Source of the DNA: Bythopirellula sp.
GTDB lineage: Bacteria; Planctomycetota; Planctomycetia; Pirellulales; Lacipirellulaceae
Length of the DNA: 64,000 nucleotides
Direction of reading: 5' to 3'
NCBI GenBank assembly: GCA_965216565.1
Contig: OZ244170.1
Location: forward strand, 5,056,001-5,120,000
Below are positions 8,679 to 18,320 of this stretch, piece by piece. Every line of letters begins with the position of its first letter. Position 1 is the first letter of the stretch. The notes below the pieces were generated by a model. It ran no database searches. It was not told the DNA's origin and was given only the letters and a program-made list of their open reading frames with translations. Made by a program: the position numbers and the translations under genes.

Positions 8679-9254
8679 TTAGACCAACTCTTTCTTCGAG
8701 CCGATTAGTGTGCGAAGTCGTTCGGCGAGCAAAGCTGCGTCGAAAGGCTTCTTAAACGTCTCGTTGATGCTCGAACGATCGAAGCTGGCGGTCGTTCCAT
8801 CGTCGGGTAGCAGTGCGATCAGAATGGTTTCAGCAAAGTCGCTGCTGCGACGCAGATTCTGGCAAATCTGTAGTGCTTCGACCTGACCAATCGAGAAATC
8901 GACGATGATGCAGTCGGGGTGAAAACTTTCAGCCTGGATACCGGCTTCGAAACCGCTGGCGGCCATCGAAGTGCGGAAAGACTTTTCTGGTGGCAACTCA
9001 CGTTTCAGGTTTTCAATGAGAACCTGATCTTGGGCCACGATCAAGACTTTGGCCATTGCCTCGTCTTCTAAATCGCCCAAGGGCATGCCATGCTCTTTGA
9101 GAAACTTAATTAGGTATTCGCGGGGGATTCTCCGGTCCTGGGAGCCGGGGATTCGATAGCCCTTCAGGCGACCTGAGTCAAACCATTTGCTGACTGTTCG
9201 CGGGGCTACTTTGCAGATCTTGGCGACCTGACCAGTTGTAAAGACCTTCATCAC
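8679..9254 (-). CDS. Conserved planctomycete regulator: excisionase/MerR-like HTH plus atypical receiver domain
   Basis: FTTGQVAKICKVAPRTVSKWFDSG.LKGYRIPGSQDRRIP; C-terminal CheY-like fold (PDCIIVD, KPF). Confidence 0.88.
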   Translation of the reverse strand: MMKVFTTGQVAKICKVAPRTVSKWFDSGRLKGYRIPGSQDRRIPREYLIKFLKEHGMPLGDLEDEAMAKVLIVAQDQVLIENLKRELPPEKSFRTSMAASGFEAGIQAESFHPDCIIVDFSIGQVEALQICQNLRRSSDFAETILIALLPDDGTTASFDRSSINETFKKPFDAALLAERLRTLIGSKKELV

Positions 9255-10030
9255 GGGTACTCCAATAATGTCTTGCGTTCACGCTGGTCGTGTATCGAGC
9301 TTGGCGATCAAACTCGAATTTGGCTTCCCGTTGCTTGATTGCTCTCGATCAATCTGACGACTTACTCCCTTTGCGTCAGTTTCGGGCTGATCGATTACAA
9401 ACAACCTGGGTCGGGAATACTCAATATCCCATGTTGGTTTGGTTCAGGTCCTTCTGATCCTCGCCGCCATGTAATCCCCATCGGCAATGCAAGCACTGGA
9501 AGATTGGCAAAATTCGTTAAAATGGCGATTGTGCGTTCTGGCCGCGACAATCGTCACTGTTTGCCAAACTCCCAGTTGCATCTACCAACGGGCGATGCAA
9601 CATAGGGGTTGCTTCGGAGAGAGCTTGTCAGCCCAAATGGGCACGGGGCGGGCGCAAAGTGCCTGCTGGCATTTTACGTGTCCCTATAAGGCAGGCTCCC
9701 CCCTGCAGTCGGCTCTCTTTCTGCGGTCACTCGATCCGTGTGGATCGTGCGATGCGAAAACAAAGCCTTCCGATACATAGTGTCGATTCAAACGAGGGTT
9801 CGACTTTAGAAACTTTCCCTAGTCGGAGCGAAGGAACGGGTAATTCTGGATATTCCTGATGTGCCGGGGGAGGTAGCACCAGTGGGGAAGGGGGTGGACA
9901 GAAAGCGGAAGGGGGAAGGCCGGCTTGCCGCGAGCGTTAGCGATCGGACTAAGAAAGCAATGCTAGCCGTGCCATTCAACACACTTTGCGTGCTCAATCC
10001 GAAGTATCGCCGCAGAAATGGGTGCTCATA

Positions 10031-11308
10031 TTATTGCAACGCAGCATTAGCCGCGACTCTACGAGTCGCCGGGAGTGCTAGGCACAACGCCACTATTAGA
10101 AGTGTGGATGAGTCAGGTTCAGGAATCTTGAACAGATAAGCCTGCCCAATGCTAACGCCATTGACGTCGTGGGAAGGAGCTCCGACAAGGATTCTATTGC
10201 CTTCAATAACGACGGATGTGCCAAATTGATCTATGGTCGTTAGCGTAGGATCATCAAGTGTAAGCACAAAAGTCCCAGTATCCGCATCAAACAAATGTGC
10301 TTTTCCGACGGAGGTTCCCATTGCACTACTGTGAGGCGAGCCGATCACCACATAACTATCTGTGAGATCTACGGCAGTCCCAAACTTATTCGAATGTTCT
10401 CTTACAAGCGCTGGTTCATCAAAGGTTTGTAAAAGAGTGCCTGTTGTCGCGTCAAACAAATGAGCTTGACCAGTGTATAGACCGTTAGTGCTATCTTCTG
10501 GCGCTCCGATCAAAACAAAATTGTTGTGAAGAGCAACTGAACTTCCGAACCGGTCACCAAAGAATGTGGGGGTGGGATCATCAAATGTGTGTAACAACTC
10601 TCCGGTAATCGCATCGAATAGGTGGGCCTGCCCCACACTGTTAAGGGGAATTATATCTTCGGGCGCACCAATAAGAACGAAATTTCCATCAATTGCGAGG
10701 GCCGATCCAAATCCGAATCCAGTAGAAGGCATTGGGTCATCGAATGTCTGCAATAGGTCGCCCGTCGCCGCATCAAAAAGATGTACTTGCCCAATGCTTC
10801 TTCCATTCACATCGTGGCTAGAGGCTCCGATTAATACGTTTTCCCCCTGGACAGCGACTGATTTGCCAAATCTATCGTACGCAGCCGGAGTTATATCTTT
10901 AAATGTGCGAAGCAACTCACCGGACGTGACTTCAAACAGGTGTGCCTGACCTGAGGCTTCTCCATCAGTATCATCCCCAAAATCTCCCACTAATACGTAT
11001 TTGTCGGTAACTGCAACTGCGTTTCCAAATTGATCTACCGCTGTAGGTGTTGGGTCGTTGAACTCATGCAGAACATTACCCGAATTGATGTCAAATAGAT
11101 GTGCCTGTCCTAATCCTTTTCCTGTCGAAGTATCAGACTGTGCTCCTATAAGAACTAAATTGCCATCTATCGCAAGAGAACTCCCAAACGCACCATGAGG
11201 CGTAGGTGTAGGGTCATCAAAAGTTTCTAGTAGATTAGCAGTAGAAAACTGAGGGTCTAAACATAAAAAGCTTGCCATAAAAATACTGAAACCGAAAAAG
11301 TTGTTCAT
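10031..11308 (-). CDS. Seven-repeat FG-GAP-like beta-propeller surface protein with PEP-CTERM
   Basis: Seven ~53-aa repeats TFDDP..FG.S.A..G..VLIGA..GQAHLFD; C-terminal IPEP-TM-RR; AT-rich. Confidence 0.88.
   Translation of the reverse strand: MNNFFGFSIFMASFLCLDPQFSTANLLETFDDPTPTPHGAFGSSLAIDGNLVLIGAQSDTSTGKGLGQAHLFDINSGNVLHEFNDPTPTAVDQFGNAVAVTDKYVLVGDFGDDTDGEASGQAHLFEVTSGELLRTFKDITPAAYDRFGKSVAVQGENVLIGASSHDVNGRSIGQVHLFDAATGDLLQTFDDPMPSTGFGFGSALAIDGNFVLIGAPEDIIPLNSVGQAHLFDAITGELLHTFDDPTPTFFGDRFGSSVALHNNFVLIGAPEDSTNGLYTGQAHLFDATTGTLLQTFDEPALVREHSNKFGTAVDLTDSYVVIGSPHSSAMGTSVGKAHLFDADTGTFVLTLDDPTLTTIDQFGTSVVIEGNRILVGAPSHDVNGVSIGQAYLFKIPEPDSSTLLIVALCLALPATRRVAANAALQ
10048..10072 (+). repeat. REP-like palindrome, copy 2 (inside the 3' end of the FG-GAP gene)
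   Basis: tagccgcgactctacgagtcgccgg; core identical to copy 1. Confidence 0.85.
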
Positions 11309-11469
11309 CAAGCGTGTCCTGTCTCCATGGCTGAATGGCAGGGAGAAGTAGTTTTCAGGGAAAAGCACACGAATTCCGCATACCCAACTCCGAAGTGCGT
11401 TGGTGAAAGCCGAATATCGTGGTGCTCTCAATTAGCGTTGTTCATAAGTAGTGCTGGCCTCTGCGACGA

Positions 11470-11498
11470 ATTATAACCTCTGGCATGGTTCAGGACAA
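11470..11498 (-). promoter_or_regulatory. Sigma70-like promoter for the FG-GAP PEP-CTERM gene
   Basis: Minus strand TTGTCC-17 nt-TATAAT. Confidence 0.6.
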
Positions 11499-11833
11499 AC
11501 ATTGTGAAAGCTACGAACTAGGGGGAAACGAGCCTGAAAGGGAGATCATGCCGGCCAGAGAAATCATCTTCCCAGTTGTGCCTCGCAATATGCGACAATG
11601 GCTAGCATCTATCGCTGCTCGTTCTGTGAATTCTTGAAAGTCTAGGTTCGAGTGTCGAGATTTGACAGCTTTCCATCTTTAAGAGGGCCCGGCCAAATGC
11701 AAAACGTGATAGAGTTTTGCACGAGGAGAAAAACGAATGCCTGCGAACGACTTGCGAAGTGGGGACAGAGATCTGTAAAAACAATTGAATCGTTGCAGCA
11801 GTTTGTGGGACTCTTACGGTCAGTGCAATAATT

Positions 11834-11860
11834 GGCCTGCGACTCGTAAAGTCGCTGCTA
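11834..11860 (-). repeat. REP-like palindrome, copy 3 (inverted relative to copy 2)
   Basis: Reverse complement tagcagcgactttacgagtcgcaggcc; 2 nt after the smc stop. Confidence 0.75.
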
Positions 11861-11862
11861 GA

Positions 11863-14800
11863 CTACGCCGCCTTCGACTGCCCGCCCGAATTGCGGATTT
11901 TGCCATCGGCCGAGACGTCATCGAACCGTACGGAGACTCGCTTTGAAACCCCAGACTCTTGCATGGTCACGCCGTAGAGGGTGTCTGCACAGGACATCGT
12001 TCGTTTAGAGTGCGAAATCACTATGAACTGCGTATTGTCCATGAACTCACGCAGAACGTCGCTAAAGCGTTCGATGTTGGCTTCGTCTAGGGCCGCGTCG
12101 ACTTCGTCGAGCACGCAGAAGGGGCTGGGACGACTGCGGAAAATGGCAAGTAGCAGTGCCACGCAGGTGAGGGTTCGTTCGCCACCGGACAGCAGCGAAA
12201 TGCTCCGCGGTTGCTTGCCTGGGGGACGGGCAACAATTTCGATACCGCACTCCAGGACGTCGGCATCCTCGGATTGATCGATGACAATATCCGCCTCGCC
12301 GCCGCCGAAGAGGCTGCGGTACATGTTTTGGAAGTGCCCGCGGATGACTTCCAGCGACTGGGAGAATAGTTCGCGGCTTTCGACGTTAATGCGAGATACG
12401 AGTTGCTGCAGTCGATCTTTGGCGGCCTGCAAATCTTCGTATTGCTGAGCCAAGCCGGAATGACGTTCTTCGACGGCTTCCAGTTCGTCGAGCGCTTCGA
12501 TATTTACTGGGCCCAACGACTGGAGTTGTTGCCTGAGTTGTCGGATTTCCTGCTCGACCTCTTCTCGCTCGGCAGATTCCTCAGCAGATTCCTGAGTGGC
12601 TAGGACGGCCAGGTCGATGTCGTAGTCTTCTTGAATGCGGCTGGCAAGCTCGCTGCGTTGGAACTGAAGCTGTTCGATGCTCAACTGAATGCGCTGCAAC
12701 ACATTCTGCAATTTGGCAAAATGATTGCGGGCGGTATCCGCCATCTCTGCGAGCGTCGATTTATCCTCGCGGAGTAGATCGTGCATCTCTTGCACAAGCC
12801 TAACCAGTCGGCCAGCTTGATCGCGGCTATGATAAAGCTCAGTTAGTTCGCTGGTAAAAGCCAGTACCGATTCTTCAAGCGATTGCCGCTGAGCGTGACA
12901 CTCAGCCACACGATCTTTGGTTTCGACGAGAGCCCGGTCATGCTCCTGATGATCTTGTTCTAGTTGCGACATTTGCCGCCGCAATCCATCCCGCCGTTGT
13001 TCGCTGCGGGCGAGTTCAACTCGACTATCAGTCAATTGGCTCTGTAGTTCAGCCAATTGATCTTCGAGAGCAGTGCTCGTCCTGGAACTTTGTTCAAGCG
13101 TTGTTTGCGTCTGCTGGAGTTGTTGTTGGACCTCTACAAGTTGTTGCTTGTCTGCAACTACAGACTGTTCGGCAGCAACAGCGGATGCAAGTGATTCCTT
13201 TAAAGTCTGTTCTGCCTGTTCACAATGACTATTGATTTGCTCTAAGCTTTGTTGCAGCGAAACGGTTTGTAGTCGCGCGTCATTGGCTTTGTTGTTTAGC
13301 GATTTATGTTGCGCGGCAAGCTCTTTGACCTTTTGCTCTTGACCTGCAATGCTACGCTGGAGCCTTTCGCAAGCGATTTTGTCTTGCTCTTCGCGTTGCT
13401 GCATATCGCGAATCTCATCGAGCAGTGCTCGCAACTCGCTTCGCCGCGAAAGTAGCCCAGTGGTCGACTGTTGGGGACCGACGGTCAAGGTTCCATCAGC
13501 GGCGACCAACTCTCCCACGACGGTGACGAAGTTCAGGCCACGACCCAAGGAGTGTGAAAGCCGGAGTGCCGTGGCAAGTGAATCAACTAGCCAATGACGA
13601 CCTAGCAAGCGACGGGGCAGGGCGGACAACTCCGCCGAGGTCTCGACGAATTGATCGGCACGACCAATGACTCCTGCCTCTCCGGCCAAGTTGATTTGAT
13701 CCACCGCGCTCGCCGGTTGTGGAACATCGAGCCTCAGGAAACTCGTCCGACCCGGAAGCTCGGACTCAATCAATTCCCTGAGTGCCGAGTCGATCTTCTC
13801 GATCAGCAGATGATTGGCACGTTCTCCCAATGCAATTTCAACGAGCGAAGCGGTGTCGGCATCTACACGCAGCAAATCTGCCACCACACCCCGCACGCAC
13901 CCGAATGGTCCCTGGGGATCCTCCTTCGCGCGACGGAGCACTTCTTTGGTGCCGCTGCTTAAGCCATCCAGTCGCCTCTCCAATTCTTCCAGAACAATAG
14001 CTCGTTCGTGGGCCCCTGTGAGCCGTCCACGGAGATCCGCAAGTTGGACCTGAGCACTGGCAATCTGCGAACGATTGCTGCGCAGCGTTTCTTGAGCAAC
14101 CTCTAGCTCGTGAGCAGAGGACTGAGCCGAGGCTTCCGTGGAGGTGAGCTGCGCTTTGGCGGCTGTGTATTGTTCGCGAAGGGTCGTTAGTTGCTCCTGA
14201 TGCTGCTCTAGTTGTTGCTTAGCCGTAGTGCTTTGGGCGACTGCGTCAGCGTGCCGGGTCTCCTGGGCTTGGATTTGGTGCTCGAGCCGCGCTGCCGTGC
14301 TCCCAGCTTCGGAATGCTGGCGTCGAGCTTCCTCACCAGCCGATCGGAAGTCTGCCAACTTCTGCTGATTCTGGTCGAGTGTGGACTGCTGACTCGCGAC
14401 TTGCGACTCTAGCTCATCGTAGTGCGATTCGGCACGGGTCAGCTCGGCGGTGGTCTCGGCGACTAATTGCTGGGCGTTTCCCGCTTTGGAAGTCATCGAC
14501 AGCAACTGATGCTGCATCCGTTCCGATTCTTGCTGGAGCTCGTCACTACGAGCCAACTGGCTTCGCCGGGTCGACTCGCACTGGGCAATCCGCTCGCGGA
14601 CGTTTGCCGCACGATCGTTAGAGCGGTGCATTTGATTTTGTAGGGCGTCGAGCGTTCCCTCCAGCAAGGATAGTCGTTGCTCAGCAGTGGAAAGCTCTGA
14701 TTGACGAGTCTCACTCTGTTGGATCACTTTGGCAGATTCGTTTTCCGCGGCCTGCAATTTGTGAGAAAGCGAACGCCAATCGGAAAGTCCTACTTGAGTC

Positions 14801-15474
14801 CGAAGCTCTTTGAGCCGATCGGAGCATTCTTTATATTTCTTGGCTTTGCCTGCCTGTGAGCGTACACTTCGCAAACGGGAATCTAGCTCGTCAACGATGT
14901 CGGAGAGACGCAATAAGTTTTGGTCAATGCGCTCTAGTCGACGAGTTGCCTCTTGTCGTTTTTGCTTGAAGCGACTGATGCCAGCGGCTTCTTCGAAAAT
15001 TAGGCGTCGTTCTCGTGGTGACGATTGCAGCAGGGCGTCGACTTTGCCTTGTTCGATGATGCTGTACGCACCGGTCGACATGCCGGTGCCGGCAAATACA
15101 TCCTTAAGATCGCGGAGTCGGCATTGTTGCCGATTGATGAGATACTCTGATTCGCCACTACGATAGACACGGCGCGTGACGTGAATCTCTGACGAATCGA
15201 AGTCAAAATTCCCCGCCGAATTGTCCAGGATTAGTGAGACTTCCGCGGAGTTGGTTTGCTTGCGGCCTTGAGCCCCGCTGAAAATGACATCGGTCATCTC
15301 CTTGCCACGGAGAGCCTTGACGCTTTGGGCCCCTAGAACCCACTTTATGGCGTCGACCACATTGGACTTGCCGGATCCGTTGGGCCCGACCACAACGGTG
15401 ATTCCCTCCGGAAACTCGAAGCGAGTGCGATCAGCAAAGCTTTTGAAGCCGTTGAGTTCTAGGGCTTTGAGCAT
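11863..15474 (-). CDS. smc: Chromosome segregation protein SMC
   Basis: GFKSFA, GPNGSGKSN, coiled coils, hinge, LSGGE, LDEVDAALD. Confidence 0.97.
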   Translation of the reverse strand: MLKALELNGFKSFADRTRFEFPEGITVVVGPNGSGKSNVVDAIKWVLGAQSVKALRGKEMTDVIFSGAQGRKQTNSAEVSLILDNSAGNFDFDSSEIHVTRRVYRSGESEYLINRQQCRLRDLKDVFAGTGMSTGAYSIIEQGKVDALLQSSPRERRLIFEEAAGISRFKQKRQEATRRLERIDQNLLRLSDIVDELDSRLRSVRSQAGKAKKYKECSDRLKELRTQVGLSDWRSLSHKLQAAENESAKVIQQSETRQSELSTAEQRLSLLEGTLDALQNQMHRSNDRAANVRERIAQCESTRRSQLARSDELQQESERMQHQLLSMTSKAGNAQQLVAETTAELTRAESHYDELESQVASQQSTLDQNQQKLADFRSAGEEARRQHSEAGSTAARLEHQIQAQETRHADAVAQSTTAKQQLEQHQEQLTTLREQYTAAKAQLTSTEASAQSSAHELEVAQETLRSNRSQIASAQVQLADLRGRLTGAHERAIVLEELERRLDGLSSGTKEVLRRAKEDPQGPFGCVRGVVADLLRVDADTASLVEIALGERANHLLIEKIDSALRELIESELPGRTSFLRLDVPQPASAVDQINLAGEAGVIGRADQFVETSAELSALPRRLLGRHWLVDSLATALRLSHSLGRGLNFVTVVGELVAADGTLTVGPQQSTTGLLSRRSELRALLDEIRDMQQREEQDKIACERLQRSIAGQEQKVKELAAQHKSLNNKANDARLQTVSLQQSLEQINSHCEQAEQTLKESLASAVAAEQSVVADKQQLVEVQQQLQQTQTTLEQSSRTSTALEDQLAELQSQLTDSRVELARSEQRRDGLRRQMSQLEQDHQEHDRALVETKDRVAECHAQRQSLEESVLAFTSELTELYHSRDQAGRLVRLVQEMHDLLREDKSTLAEMADTARNHFAKLQNVLQRIQLSIEQLQFQRSELASRIQEDYDIDLAVLATQESAEESAEREEVEQEIRQLRQQLQSLGPVNIEALDELEAVEERHSGLAQQYEDLQAAKDRLQQLVSRINVESRELFSQSLEVIRGHFQNMYRSLFGGGEADIVIDQSEDADVLECGIEIVARPPGKQPRSISLLSGGERTLTCVALLLAIFRSRPSPFCVLDEVDAALDEANIERFSDVLREFMDNTQFIVISHSKRTMSCADTLYGVTMQESGVSKRVSVRFDDVSADGKIRNSGGQSKAA

Positions 15475-15518
15475 GGCCAATCCGAAGTAAACCGTTCGGA
15501 CACTTTAGGGTAGGAACA

Positions 15519-17228
15519 CTAAGACTTCGATTCAAAGAGTTCAGAATCGGGAGTTCCTAGTTTGATTGATTTCTCTTCGGCCTCGTCCTTAGCCTCGCTG
15601 TCGTTCTTCGAAGAGTAGCCTGTCGACCTACCTCCAACTCGAGGGAGGGCATTCACGCGGAAGCGGCTTTGCAAACTACCCGCCGACTTCGCTTGCTGGA
15701 GGAATTGGACCACGTCAGGGTAAGTTCCCCCTAACTCCACGACGGCTCGAACCACGGAGTCGATGTCGTTCGGCACCACACGCTGCTGAGTGGTTTCGGA
15801 GAAGTGGCTGACTTTGATCTGCGTTCCGTCGAGCCCATTGATCAGAATCCTTGGACCCGCGTCTAGCACCAGTGGCAGTTCGAGCGGATGATCGTGGCCG
15901 AATAATACAATTTCGGGACGATGGCTGCTCGTAGCATGAACCATCGGTTCCCCAGGGACGTCGAGAATGTGATACGTAAACAGTCCGTTGAAATCTTCAC
16001 CTCGCAGGAAGGCATCGTTGGGGGCCATTGACCGCAGGGCGCGGAATGCTCCGTAGCGAGTCTCTGCACTCTTGACCGACAGAAGTGTTTTGAGCGAATC
16101 GTAGGCCGCTCCATCGTCCATAGCACTAAGTGCTGCCAGGCAATGAGCGCGAAAAGCGGGTTCCTCCCTAGCGGAACGAATCAAGGGATCGACGGCGGAA
16201 GTTTCATCTAAATAAGCGAGCGCCTCAGCGGCATAAAACCGCACTTCAGGATCGGAGTCCGCAATCCCTTTCTGCAGAATCTCAATGGCTTGATCCGAAC
16301 CGATTGCTTCCAGCCTAACGGCGGCCGCAGCGGCAGTGACCGGATCGAGCAATTGCTCGCGTAGTAGTTGCAACCGCGATTGACGGTGTGAGGCACTCTC
16401 TTTGACTGCCAAATTGCGTACCACACGCATAAATCGGCCCACGTTGTCTTTGTAGCGTGGATGGAGTCTGAGCTCGACAAAGTCTTCTGTCTTGGGTGTG
16501 GCAACACCTTGTTGTCCACCCTCGGAGAAGCTGTGGAAGCGCGTGTTGATCGCATTGCCAATTTGTTGACTCATCCTTACCGAGCGTTGTTCGTGATCGA
16601 TCACCAGTCCCAGATTGCGGCTCTTGGTCGCGATGCCGCCGCTGAGGATGCGTCCTCGAGTAGCTATCTCTGCTTCGTCTGGCCCGGCCGAGGGATCCAC
16701 TAGCACGGCACCATTGGCCACGGCCATCAGGTGCCCTTGCCTGACTTGGCTATCTAGCACAGCTGTTTCGCTGAGCCGAGTTTCGAGCAGGTTGCCTCCA
16801 CGGAGGCTTGTCGAATCGCTCCGCGAGGGAGTCCGGACTTCTATATCGAAGCGATCTCCAGCTTGTATGCCGGGTCTGAGGTATCCCTTCACAAGAACTA
16901 AGGCCGTATTAGGAGAAGCGAGTACCGCGTTCGGATTTTCAACTTCCCGGCGCTTCATTTCATCCATCAGCCGAGCCCGCTGAGAACTGGGAGCCGGGTC
17001 GTCCCCTGTTCCACTAAGACCGGTAGCAAGCGAAACCGATTCCAGCTTGATATAGTTCATGCCATAGGGATGGGCGATGTCGCCAACGAGCTTGGCCTCG
17101 CGCGGATTCTCGCTTCCGTGTGCGGGCTCGGGACTCTGCTGGCGCAGGATGGGACTCATGCAGCCTACTACCGCACTACAGAGTGCCGTCAGTGCTAAGA
17201 CATTCTTCGCCAACCTTTTACAATCCAT
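15519..17228 (-). CDS. FlgI-like (P-ring) domain lipoprotein with HEAT repeats
   Basis: Lipobox VVGC; GLSGTGD, NTALVLV, GDRFDIEV, SLRGG.L..T.L; HEAT-like DPEVRFYAAEALAYL. Confidence 0.75.
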   Translation of the reverse strand: MDCKRLAKNVLALTALCSAVVGCMSPILRQQSPEPAHGSENPREAKLVGDIAHPYGMNYIKLESVSLATGLSGTGDDPAPSSQRARLMDEMKRREVENPNAVLASPNTALVLVKGYLRPGIQAGDRFDIEVRTPSRSDSTSLRGGNLLETRLSETAVLDSQVRQGHLMAVANGAVLVDPSAGPDEAEIATRGRILSGGIATKSRNLGLVIDHEQRSVRMSQQIGNAINTRFHSFSEGGQQGVATPKTEDFVELRLHPRYKDNVGRFMRVVRNLAVKESASHRQSRLQLLREQLLDPVTAAAAAVRLEAIGSDQAIEILQKGIADSDPEVRFYAAEALAYLDETSAVDPLIRSAREEPAFRAHCLAALSAMDDGAAYDSLKTLLSVKSAETRYGAFRALRSMAPNDAFLRGEDFNGLFTYHILDVPGEPMVHATSSHRPEIVLFGHDHPLELPLVLDAGPRILINGLDGTQIKVSHFSETTQQRVVPNDIDSVVRAVVELGGTYPDVVQFLQQAKSAGSLQSRFRVNALPRVGGRSTGYSSKNDSEAKDEAEEKSIKLGTPDSELFESKS

Positions 17229-17392
17229 CGCAAATGGCTCCCACAACAAACTTCAAATACAGACCTTCCCCGCAGGGAAAAGGAGTGGGAGCTTAGGAAT
17301 CTTGGCGAGAAGGGTCAAGGCGGCAATCGGTATCGCGATATCTGGAGCTACGGAGCGATAGCAGTGCTAGTTGCAATTGCTGGACTAGGCAA

Positions 17393-17632
17393 TCAGGGAG
17401 GATCGTGACCACCCGGATGCCAGGGATGACATTTACCGATGCGGCATATTCCTTGCCAGGTTCCCGCCAAAGCACCGTGTTTTCTGACAGCACCGATGAA
17501 ATACTCGCTGCAACTAGGTGTAAAGCGACAATTCTCTCCCAACCAGGGGCTAATCGCAAACTGATAGCCGCGGACAAATGAGATCAGCAGCCAGCTGAGA
17601 AGTCCCGTCAGCGATTGCCAAAAGAATCTCAT
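17393..17632 (-). CDS. yidD: Membrane protein insertion efficiency factor
   Basis: YQ..ISP...CRF.PSCS.Y, RI.KCHPW.PGG.DP. Confidence 0.95.
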   Translation of the reverse strand: MRFFWQSLTGLLSWLLISFVRGYQFAISPWLGENCRFTPSCSEYFIGAVRKHGALAGTWQGICRIGKCHPWHPGGHDPP

Positions 17633-18012
17633 CGAGCTTTGTCCGATTGCTGCGTCTGTTTCTCCGAAAGCCGCTTTTCCAATCGGTTCGCTAATACAAT
17701 CAGAGAAGACCTGAGTTTTGTAAAAACTGGCGACGCTCCTCGACGGGGGAGTACCACAAGATCGTAACCCGTGGGCAGTTCTTCATATCCCATTCGAAAT
17801 GCTTCACGTAGGGTGCGTTTCCAAGAGTTGCGCACCACGGCATTCCCACACTTGCGTGATACAATAAGACCTAGGCGGGTTTTGCCGTGTTCGTTGGGAG
17901 CTGCGTACACCACCACGAATCCATCCGAAGCCGATTGGCGTTGTTTCACCACGCGATCGAAGTCAGAAGACTTCAATAGCCTGGCCGATTTGGGAAATCT
18001 CATCGGCCTCAT
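17629..18012 (-). CDS. rnpA: Ribonuclease P protein component
   Basis: FPKSARLLKSSDF, RLGLIVSRKCGNAVVRN..KR.LREAFR. Confidence 0.93.
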   Translation of the reverse strand: MRPMRFPKSARLLKSSDFDRVVKQRQSASDGFVVVYAAPNEHGKTRLGLIVSRKCGNAVVRNSWKRTLREAFRMGYEELPTGYDLVVLPRRGASPVFTKLRSSLIVLANRLEKRLSEKQTQQSDKAR

Positions 18013-18320
18013 CCGTTCTTGGTGTCTTGGGTGAGTGTTGTCTCACCGGTGGGGAGATTGTCATCCGGGGTTGGTGGTTCATCGTCGGTATCAGCAGGTT
18101 TAATGACAAAGTCCGGCGGCACGACCGGCCCACGCCTATGCTCGCCAAGTCGGCGTACCCAATGCCCCCCTAGTAAGATGATCACAACAATCAGCATTCC
18201 TAACAGAGCAATACCCAACAGGGCCATCATGGCAGCCGCTTTGGTAGTTTCTGGCATCTGAGGTTTGGCGTCGACTTGCGCCAAGAGTAACGTACATTGG
18301 ATGAACAATCGCTCTACCAT
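18009..18320 (-). CDS. Small single-TM hypothetical protein
   Basis: One hydrophobic helix followed by GGHWVRR; overlaps both neighbours, consistent with translational coupling. Confidence 0.7.
   Translation of the reverse strand: MVERLFIQCTLLLAQVDAKPQMPETTKAAAMMALLGIALLGMLIVVIILLGGHWVRRLGEHRRGPVVPPDFVIKPADTDDEPPTPDDNLPTGETTLTQDTKNG

Noticed and set aside
11500..11833. Pseudogene or transposase remnant inside the REP-bracketed block
   Set aside because: The frames I examined gave no recognisable motifs; a translated database search would be needed.
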